DNA from: Sulfurimonadaceae bacterium
GTDB taxonomy: Bacteria > Campylobacterota > Campylobacteria > Campylobacterales > Sulfurimonadaceae
Direction of reading: 5' to 3'
Assembly: GCA_041548245.1 (NCBI GenBank)
Contig: JBFESZ010000053.1
Span: forward strand, 1 to 13,559
Length of the DNA stretch: 13,559 nucleotides
The translations under genes were made by a program, and so were the position numbers. Every line of letters starts with the position of its first letter. Position 1 is the first letter of the stretch. Below are positions 7,023-13,559 of the stretch, one piece after another. The notes beneath the pieces are model-generated. The model saw only the letters and a list, made by a program, of their open reading frames with translations, made no database searches and was not told the DNA's origin.

Positions 7023-9296
7023 TTGAAATCCATTTTTTCACTCTTAATGCTTTTATTCTTATCACTCTCTGCACATGCCAAGACACTAGAGACGGTTACA
7101 CTGCAGCTACAATGGCTTGATCAATTTCAATTTGGCGGATATTATATGGCCATCGAGAAGGGTTTTTACGAAGATGCAGGACTAGATGTCCACATTAAAA
7201 AGTTTACAAACAATATCGATACCACAGAAGAGGTAATCAGCGGCAGAGCAAATTATGGCATTGGCAGAGCTTCTCTTCTGACCGAATATTGCAATAACAA
7301 ACCCGTAGTAGCACTCAGTGCCATCTTCCAGTCCTCTCCGCATATTCTTCTCGCACGCAAGGACTCCGGTATCAGAACGATCAAGGATTTTGTCGGCAAA
7401 CGAATCATGCTGACCAATGATGTCCAAGATGATGTCACGATTCAATCCATGCTCATCTCTCAAGGAATCTCCTTTGATGACATCATCCCGATCGATCACT
7501 CTTCTGATCTTAATGATCTTATTGAGGGAAAAACGGATTTGATGGCTTCTTATGTTTCAAACGAACCTTTCAGACTACAGGAACTTGGCATAGAGAGTGT
7601 TGGTTTTACCCCTAAAGAGTATGGCTTTGATTACTATAGTGACATCCTTTTCACTTCACAAAAAGAGCTTCAAGAACATCCCGAACGTGTCAACGCTTTC
7701 CTTATGGCATCAATCAAAGGATGGCGCTATGCATTTGAGCATATCGATGAGACAGCCGATATCATCAAGAAACACTACAATGGCCAGAATAAAAGTCGAA
7801 AGAGCTTGATCTTTGAAGGAGAGGCCTTAAAAAAACTGGCCTACACAGACAATCTTCCCCTTGGTCATATTGCTATAAAAAAGTTCAAAACCATCCTCAA
7901 TATGTACCGGGTCATGGGAAAAACAACATTCTCAAAAGAAAACTTTGATGATTTTATCTACCACTCTGCCATCAATGCACCACTACAATTGACTTCGAAA
8001 GAAAAAGCTTTTCTTCAAACGCACCAGATTACGGCTATATCTACAGGAAAATGGGCACCATTCAACTTTTCACTTCCGGGTGATATGAAAATGATAAGCG
8101 GGATAGCCGTCGACCTCTGGGAGCATATCATCCGCATGCACGCCATTGATAGCCGACTGGATTATGCTTCCGACTGGCAAAGCGTACTTCAAGCCATCCG
8201 AACACGTCAGGCCGATATAACATTGGGTACGGAAAAGAGCCCGGAAAAATCCCGTTACGCTCTTTTCAGCAAGCCTTATGGGCGTTTCCCCAATGTCATA
8301 GCAACAGAAAAATCGGTCAACTACATCCCAAATCTTGCCATGCTGAAAGGAAAAAGAGTCGCTGTCGGAAGCGGTTACACCATCGAGGAGAAACTTAGGA
8401 CAAGTTATCCCGAGATCGACCTTTTCCCCGTCCAAAGTACCGATGAGGCATTAAAACTTCTCCATCAGAAAAAAGTGTTTGCTGTCATTGATATCGTCCC
8501 TGTCCTCTCCTATGCCATTGCACGCAATGGTTACGATGACATTGTGATCTCTGGAACGACAGAGTTCGATCAGAATCTCCGTTTTATGGTACGAAATGAT
8601 TACCCGGAACTAGTCTCTATAATCAATAAATCGATCGATGCCACTCCGGCATACTTGCTTGACGAGATTGTCAGCCGATATGCCATTTCAACAGCAGATA
8701 CATCAAATATTGATTGGGAACTAATACTTAAGATCCTAGCCGTAGCAGTGATTATTATTGCTTTTCTTCTTTATCGCCAAATGGCTCTGAAACGCTATAA
8801 CAGATCCCTTTTGGAACTTTCTATGACAGACTCACTGACACGGATTGACAACCGTATGAGACTTGATAAAGTGATTAAGGAGAAGATCGAGCAGTACCAT
8901 CGTTATCAAAGACCCTTCATCATTATTTTGTTCGATATCGATGATTTCAAAAAGATTAATGACCGTTTCGGTCATCTTGCCGGTGATGAGATTCTGATCA
9001 AACTTACTCAGCTAGTCAAAAAACACCTGCGTGTGACCGATATTTTTGGTCGATGGGGAGGAGAAGAGTTCATGATAATCTGCCCAGAAGCAACGATCGA
9101 AGGGGGTCGCCAGTTAGCTGATATGTTATGTGAGATATTAAAAGAGGATAAAATGGGCGAATATGGACCGATAAGCTGTAGTTTCGGCGTCACTCATATG
9201 CAAGACAATGATACGGCTGAAACGATTATCAAACGTGTTGACGATGCCATGTATGAAGCAAAAAACAAGGGGAAAAACCAGATATTTGTTATCTAA
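7023..9296 (+). CDS. Diguanylate cyclase with periplasmic NMT1/SsuA-like and family-3 solute-binding domains
   Basis: Signal peptide (MKSIFSLLMLLFLSLSAHA), LQWLDQFQFGGYYMAIEKGFY NMT1-like motif, a second PBP domain, one TM, DSLT, DIDDFKKINDRFGH, RVTD I-site and RWGGEEF. Start 7023 (AAGG SD at 7011-7014) is preferred over 7002. Confidence 0.92.
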   Translation: MKSIFSLLMLLFLSLSAHAKTLETVTLQLQWLDQFQFGGYYMAIEKGFYEDAGLDVHIKKFTNNIDTTEEVISGRANYGIGRASLLTEYCNNKPVVALSAIFQSSPHILLARKDSGIRTIKDFVGKRIMLTNDVQDDVTIQSMLISQGISFDDIIPIDHSSDLNDLIEGKTDLMASYVSNEPFRLQELGIESVGFTPKEYGFDYYSDILFTSQKELQEHPERVNAFLMASIKGWRYAFEHIDETADIIKKHYNGQNKSRKSLIFEGEALKKLAYTDNLPLGHIAIKKFKTILNMYRVMGKTTFSKENFDDFIYHSAINAPLQLTSKEKAFLQTHQITAISTGKWAPFNFSLPGDMKMISGIAVDLWEHIIRMHAIDSRLDYASDWQSVLQAIRTRQADITLGTEKSPEKSRYALFSKPYGRFPNVIATEKSVNYIPNLAMLKGKRVAVGSGYTIEEKLRTSYPEIDLFPVQSTDEALKLLHQKKVFAVIDIVPVLSYAIARNGYDDIVISGTTEFDQNLRFMVRNDYPELVSIINKSIDATPAYLLDEIVSRYAISTADTSNIDWELILKILAVAVIIIAFLLYRQMALKRYNRSLLELSMTDSLTRIDNRMRLDKVIKEKIEQYHRYQRPFIIILFDIDDFKKINDRFGHLAGDEILIKLTQLVKKHLRVTDIFGRWGGEEFMIICPEATIEGGRQLADMLCEILKEDKMGEYGPISCSFGVTHMQDNDTAETIIKRVDDAMYEAKNKGKNQIFVI

Positions 9297-9312
9297 ACCA
9301 TACGTCGTCAGA

Positions 9313-10080
9313 TCATTTAATCTTTTCGATAAGAGTATTATGAATTTTCCCATTTGAGGCTATGACAACACGTTCATCCAAGCTATAGACTTTGCCTTCT
9401 CGGTTACTGACTGTCCCACCTGCCTCTGTGACTATCAAAACCCCAGCAGCAACATCCCATGGTTTGAGATTGATCTCAAAATACCCCTCAAAAGTTCCGC
9501 GCGCCACATAGCAAAGGTCCAGTGCTGCCGAACCAAGCCGGCGGATATCGCGTGTATAAGGAAGCACAGCTTCCATGCTCTTCATTACCCAATGAAAGTC
9601 TTCTCCCTGCTCTATCTTCGTGTAAGGGAAGCCTGTGGCTATCAATGACTTTTCAAGCATCTTTTCCCGGCTGACATGAAGTGCTTCACCGTTGCAGTAC
9701 GATCCCTTTCCCTTCTCAGCATAAAAGAGCTCCTCCATAACCGGGTTATAGACTACTCCTGCAATCGCTTTTCCCTCCTCCCATATCCCAATAGATATGG
9801 CACAAAAAGGAATACCATGAACAAAGTTTGTCGTACCGTCGATAGGGTCGATATAGATCGCTTTATCAAAATCAATATTCCCTTCGCTAGTCTCTTCACC
9901 GACTAAGGCATACTCCGGAAATTCCACAGAAAGTTTATCTTTGAGATAAAGTTCAATCTTCACATCATATTCTGTTACAAGATCTACGGCACTCTTATAA
10001 GAGACACTTTTGGCCTGTGTGTAGCCTTCTAAAAAAAGAGGGCCTGCAGACTTAGCGATACTCTGGAGGATATCATACAC
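9313..10080 (-). CDS. suhB: Inositol monophosphatase family protein (SuhB)
   Basis: Motifs GEE, IDPIDGTTNF, RRLGSAALDLCYVA and WDVAAG. GTG start with AAGGAG SD. Confidence 0.93.
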   Translation of the reverse strand: MYDILQSIAKSAGPLFLEGYTQAKSVSYKSAVDLVTEYDVKIELYLKDKLSVEFPEYALVGEETSEGNIDFDKAIYIDPIDGTTNFVHGIPFCAISIGIWEEGKAIAGVVYNPVMEELFYAEKGKGSYCNGEALHVSREKMLEKSLIATGFPYTKIEQGEDFHWVMKSMEAVLPYTRDIRRLGSAALDLCYVARGTFEGYFEINLKPWDVAAGVLIVTEAGGTVSNREGKVYSLDERVVIASNGKIHNTLIEKIK

Positions 10081-10109
10081 GAGGAAACTCCTTGTATTGG
10101 TTATGACAG

Positions 10110-10115
10110 ATTATA
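10110..10115 (-). promoter_or_regulatory. -10 box (TATAAT) for suhB
   Basis: Minus-strand TATAAT about 30 nt upstream of the start codon. A second one lies at 10181-10186. Confidence 0.5.
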
Positions 10116-10251
10116 ACGAGTTTAGAATCTGTGGTATAAAATGATGACTTCAATGATCTAAAAAGTCAATACAGCAGAAAATTATAGAGAGTTAAAATCA
10201 AAAAGAGGGATATGAACAGTTAGCCCTGAAGCAAACAAGAGAATTAAAAGA

Positions 10252-10545
10252 CTAGACTTCCTCAACCAGGCACTGCATCGAAAAGCCCTCTTTTTTGGCC
10301 AACTCTTCAACAATCTTCACTTTGGTCTCTGCTATGTCAAGCATATATGCCCCGCAAAGCCCCTCACCATTGGTTAATATTTCATTGGTAATGAACTCTG
10401 CATGCTCTTCGCTTTTATGGAAGATGCTCATCATAATACGCATACAAAACTCCCATGAGACATACTTATCGTAAAGTATATAGACAAGGTACATTTTGGG
10501 TTTATCTATTGGGCTGAAAAAATTCGTTTGGATCGTAATAGCCAT
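10252..10545 (-). CDS. clpS: ClpS-like Clp protease adaptor, atypical paralog
   Basis: 97 aa, aligns without gaps to the ClpS core (PKMY.V, EF, IFHKSEEHA, GEGLCGAY, DIAETKV, AKKEGF). The NDDYT motif and conserved His are replaced. Confidence 0.85.
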   Translation of the reverse strand: MAITIQTNFFSPIDKPKMYLVYILYDKYVSWEFCMRIMMSIFHKSEEHAEFITNEILTNGEGLCGAYMLDIAETKVKIVEELAKKEGFSMQCLVEEV

Positions 10546-10583
10546 GCTGTCCTGTCTAATCTAAAGGTATTAACTAATTTGCA

Positions 10584-10589
10584 ATTATA
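10584..10589 (-). promoter_or_regulatory. -10 box (TATAAT) for the clpS-like gene
   Basis: ATTATAAT at 10584-10591 reads TATAAT on both strands; the minus-strand copy is 38 nt upstream of the ATG. Confidence 0.5.
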
Positions 10590-10717
10590 ATCAAAAAAAC
10601 AATATATGCTACTTAATAGCCGTACTATTGTTTACAATTCATTCTAAAATAAGGAAGAGCTTCTTCATCTAACTCCTCATCTCTTTCACCCAAGCTTTAT
10701 TAATGTGTGAATACCGC

Positions 10718-11284
10718 TTAGAGCTTTTTAAGATAACAGCTAAGCAGCACTATCTTCGTGCCGTTGACTCTTCCTTCAATCTGTTCATGATTTCCCGGTA
10801 CCAGATGAATATTCTTTACCGTTGTCCCCTGCTTTGCTGTAAAACCGGCACCTTTGACAACAAGGTCCTTGATGATACTCACGGAATCACCTGCTTGAAG
10901 GATCGTACCATTACAGTCACGTGTCGGTTCACGGTTTTCTTCTTCAAGACCTTGATCAGCCCATGCTTTGATATCGTCTTCAAGATACATCATATCAAGC
11001 AGATCCTGAGGCCAACCCTCTGAAGCGATACGACTTAACATACGATATGCCACTACCTTAACGGCATCTATCTCACTCCACATACTGTCATTAAGACAGT
11101 GCCAGTGGTTTGCATCCATTTTGTCTTTATTTTCAATCTGCTCTTTACATGTGCCGCATACAAAGATAGACTGTTGTGCCGATCCATCGGATGGAGAGAC
11201 TTCCAATACTGAAAGGTTCTCTGTTGAAGTACAAAGTTCACATTTTGATCCACTACGCGCCATAAGTTCTTGTTCTACACTCAT
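10718..11284 (-). CDS. PhnA/YjdM-domain protein, long form with N-terminal zinc-ribbon-like region
   Basis: CELC...CGTC, HWHCLNDSMWSE and C-terminal RDCNGTILQAGDSVSIIKDLVVKG (PhnA domain). AGGA SD spacing favours the second ATG (11284) over 11287. Confidence 0.87.
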   Translation of the reverse strand: MSVEQELMARSGSKCELCTSTENLSVLEVSPSDGSAQQSIFVCGTCKEQIENKDKMDANHWHCLNDSMWSEIDAVKVVAYRMLSRIASEGWPQDLLDMMYLEDDIKAWADQGLEEENREPTRDCNGTILQAGDSVSIIKDLVVKGAGFTAKQGTTVKNIHLVPGNHEQIEGRVNGTKIVLLSCYLKKL

Positions 11285-11314
11285 CATTGTTCCTAGGTAT
11301 GTATTATTGGTGAA

Positions 11315-11323
11315 ATTGTAGCA
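11315..11323 (-). promoter_or_regulatory. Extended -10 promoter (TGcTACAAT) for the PhnA-domain gene
   Basis: Minus strand TGCTACAAT about 30 nt upstream of the start codon. Confidence 0.6.
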
Positions 11324-11334
11324 GGATAGTTTAT

Positions 11335-11375
11335 AAAAGAAGGTTAGGCAGCGAAGAGTTACAAACTCTCAGCCT
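11335..11375 (-). terminator. Possible terminator hairpin ending the thiE-rlmH-dksA operon
   Basis: Interrupted stem AGGC...AGAGTT-aca-AACTCT...GCCT right after the stop codon, followed by a short TCTTTT. Confidence 0.35.
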
Positions 11376-12389
11376 TTATACAAAAAGATTGATGTTAAAG
11401 TTATGTCCAGCCTCTTTTAGAGCCAAGTAAGCTCTAAATTTCAAGGCATCATCACTGCCGACGGCTTCAAGGCACTCTTTCGCCTTGTCAATCATTTCAA
11501 GATCAAACAGAGTATAGAAATAAGCATCATTAGCCTCTTCGTTTTGTTCAGCCAGTGTCTCAAAAAGCTTGATACGCTGTTCAGGGATCATGTGGATGCT
11601 TAGCTCTTTTGAAATAGAGAGGTAATCAGATTTCTTTAGATCAACTCTGCTTAGAAGGGCTAATAATGACTCGTTAGAGACTTCAAGTGTATTTTCCTCA
11701 CTGTTAATGCGTGCAAGGATAATATACAAAGCTTCTTTTGTAATAAATTCCTGGTATTTTTCGATGGCATACATAGGTGCTTGTGCCACATAGTTGACAT
11801 AAGCTTTTTCAACAATATCACGAGAATATTTCTCGTTTTTAGCGAGAATATCCTCAGCAGAGAGATCAAGGTTAAGCATACGGTTTTTTTGGTTTTGAAC
11901 CACAATCGGATTTGTACTTTCCAAATTAAACTTCTTGAGGTCAACGACCTTACCTGCTTTAATATCGCTCAGCATGTTCAGTATTGAATTGACCTTCTCA
12001 TTATCCGTCTGTTCGATCTCATCATCAATTGTCATTGAAGTGTTCTCAAGAACCTTCGCTAGCAGTTGATACGGTTGCGTTTTAAAATGATAATGGTGCT
12101 CTTTGTTAAGAAGCTCATCCATAATCATGTCCACAAGCATTGAATAGTCTTTCTGATAGTTACGCAGTTTAAAAAAACTCTTAAGTGAATAATAGGTCAT
12201 ATGTAACACACTGGCCACATATAAAACGAATACGGGGAATAGAACCAGCACAGCGATTGGCAAAGGCGGTAGCTGTATACCGAAAAATGATATTGCCTCA
12301 GGTTGGTCATAGCCTAAGAACTGGCTTACGTACCAACCTACAAAAAGCATAAGTGCCAAGGTCCCAATTGTATATCGTTTTAGATACAT
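11376..12389 (-). CDS. Hypothetical membrane-anchored protein (2 N-terminal TM, helical soluble domain)
   Basis: 337 aa, AAGGA SD, co-oriented 25 bp after dksA; no catalytic motif recognised. Confidence 0.8.
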   Translation of the reverse strand: MYLKRYTIGTLALMLFVGWYVSQFLGYDQPEAISFFGIQLPPLPIAVLVLFPVFVLYVASVLHMTYYSLKSFFKLRNYQKDYSMLVDMIMDELLNKEHHYHFKTQPYQLLAKVLENTSMTIDDEIEQTDNEKVNSILNMLSDIKAGKVVDLKKFNLESTNPIVVQNQKNRMLNLDLSAEDILAKNEKYSRDIVEKAYVNYVAQAPMYAIEKYQEFITKEALYIILARINSEENTLEVSNESLLALLSRVDLKKSDYLSISKELSIHMIPEQRIKLFETLAEQNEEANDAYFYTLFDLEMIDKAKECLEAVGSDDALKFRAYLALKEAGHNFNINLFV

Positions 12390-12414
12390 ACCTATTCCTT
12401 ACTTGTTAAGCTGT

Positions 12415-12768
12415 TTATTGTGCACTCTTCTCTGCAATCTCACGACAGTCAATACAATATTTCGCATGTGGCTTCACTTTTAGACGATGCACGCCGACAC
12501 ACTCTTCACACATTTCGCAAATACCGTAAGTGCCTTCTTTTATTTTAGCTAATGCGATATCAATTTCAAATAACTCAAGTTCTTGTTGTACTCCAATAGC
12601 ATTTTCTACCATGTTATCGTTACTTACTGAAGCATAGTCCCCTTCATCATTCAACTCAAGCTCACGAAGTGCATCCATCTCTTTTTCAACACCTGAGATA
12701 TTCTTCTCTATCTGTGCTTTACGACTTAGTAGTGTCTCTTTGAAATATTCCAGCTCTGTAGCGTGCAT
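12415..12768 (-). CDS. dksA: RNA polymerase-binding transcription factor DksA
   Basis: Coiled coil with DEGDYA (DxxDxA) tip and C4 zinc finger GTYGICEMC...RL..KPHAKYCIDC. The start is 12768 or 12777; the 12825 start overlaps rlmH and is unlikely. Confidence 0.93.
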   Translation of the reverse strand: MHATELEYFKETLLSRKAQIEKNISGVEKEMDALRELELNDEGDYASVSNDNMVENAIGVQQELELFEIDIALAKIKEGTYGICEMCEECVGVHRLKVKPHAKYCIDCREIAEKSAQ

Positions 12769-12790
12769 TTCTCTCATTCTCGTATGTTCC

Positions 12791-13249
12791 TTATTTATGA
12801 TAGGGATGATTATTATTGATGGCAAATCCGCGAAAGATCTGTTCTAATAAAACAGCCTTTGCAATCTTATGGCTCATAGTCAGTTCACTTAGACTAATGA
12901 CCTGATCACACTGCTTTAAAAAAACGTCCTCAAAACCATAAGCACCGCCTATGAAAAAATTCACCGTAATTCTATCACTTAAAAGCTTACTGAAGGTAAA
13001 ACTATTGATCATTTTTCCATCAGGATGCAGGGCAATATTATAAGATTTACTTAAATAGGGTTCAAAGGCTTGTGTATAAGCAGCTTGAGCTGAAGCTTGT
13101 CCTTCTACTTGTGCTTGATGAATCTTCTTATTGAATATTTCAATATCATTGACCTTGGCATACTTTCCGGTCATCTTCTCAAGTTCCTTGTACAAGGGGC
13201 TGTAAAGTGATTTTTCAGGCTTTGCTATGGAGTAGATATTAACTGTCAT
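12791..13249 (-). CDS. rlmH: 23S rRNA (pseudouridine1915-N3)-methyltransferase RlmH
   Basis: SPOUT motifs FFIGGAYG, SLSELTMSH, LLEQIFRG and terminal HPYHK; 152 aa. Confidence 0.95.
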   Translation of the reverse strand: MTVNIYSIAKPEKSLYSPLYKELEKMTGKYAKVNDIEIFNKKIHQAQVEGQASAQAAYTQAFEPYLSKSYNIALHPDGKMINSFTFSKLLSDRITVNFFIGGAYGFEDVFLKQCDQVISLSELTMSHKIAKAVLLEQIFRGFAINNNHPYHK

Positions 13250-13559
13250 ACAACCCTGTACCCACCACCAAATAGCTTACATTTTCAAACTTATCATTGA
13301 GTTTCACCCCTCCGATAGCAGCTACTTTATGTCTTGATTTTGCCGCCAAATCGTCCAGTTTGTCACCGAGTATATTCGTAACATCTTTTGTTGAAGTTTG
13401 TTTAAATGCACCCAAGCCAATATAATTCAGATCCATTTTATTGGCTTGCTTTATCTCATCTTCATTGTGGGTTGAAATCCCCAACAGTTTATCAGGGCCA
13501 ATGAGTTTACGTATAAACTCAATGGACTTTTCAATATCCTCGTCAATGCATAAAAGGTC
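13239..13559 (-). CDS. thiE: Thiamine-phosphate synthase (ThiE/TenI family), 5'-partial
   Basis: The frame is open to the window edge (DLLCIDEDIEKSIEFIRKLIGPDKLLGISTHN...), with GISTHN, YIGLG, TSTK and AIGG motifs. Overlaps the rlmH start by 11 bp. Confidence 0.85.
   Translation of the reverse strand, partial: DLLCIDEDIEKSIEFIRKLIGPDKLLGISTHNEDEIKQANKMDLNYIGLGAFKQTSTKDVTNILGDKLDDLAAKSRHKVAAIGGVKLNDKFENVSYLVVGTGLYDS

Noticed and set aside
7182..9906. Short ORFs overlapping the cyclase and suhB
   Set aside because: Shadow or alternative-frame ORFs without support.
10121..10251. Spacer with several -10-like hexamers, a TGACTT/AAGTCA repeat and tiny ORFs (MMTSMI*, MNS*)
   Set aside because: Consistent with chance in AT-rich DNA; no convincing sRNA structure or coding frame.
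10703..11987. ORFs 10703-11023, 11068-11253, 11121-11321, 11660-11944 and 11781-11987
   Set aside because: They overlap better-supported genes in other frames or on the other strand.
7023..13559. Thiamine theme linking the NMT1-like sensor domain and thiE
   Set aside because: The genes are about 4 kb apart, on opposite strands and in different operons. No TPP riboswitch is visible, and NMT1-like folds bind many ligands.
1..13559. CRISPR arrays, IS elements, tRNA/rRNA genes, phase-variable poly-G/C tracts, defence systems
   Set aside because: I saw no spaced repeats, transposase or integrase motifs, structured RNA signatures or long G/C runs on manual reading.

Overview
AT-rich chromosomal window of mostly housekeeping genes. 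Protein features, gene order and TGnTATAAT-type promoters suggest a Campylobacterota (Sulfurimonas/Sulfuricurvum-like) bacterium; this is an inference. Left to right: a minus-strand operon of M48 (Ste24-like) protease, prmC and a small membrane protein; a MATE transporter divergent from a small membrane protein; an Uup-like ABC-F ATPase with an overlapping TlpA/ScsD-like thioredoxin; a diguanylate cyclase with two periplasmic binding domains; then, all on the minus strand, suhB, a ClpS-like gene, a PhnA-domain gene, an unknown membrane protein, dksA, rlmH and a partial thiE. I found no mobile element, CRISPR array or RNA gene, and no clearly new multi-gene system. The best leads are an orphan ClpS paralog whose N-degron pocket residues are replaced while the ClpA-binding helix is kept, a candidate leader peptide upstream of the ABC-F gene, a perfect palindrome over the cyclase promoter, and a divergent gene pair only 12 bp apart.
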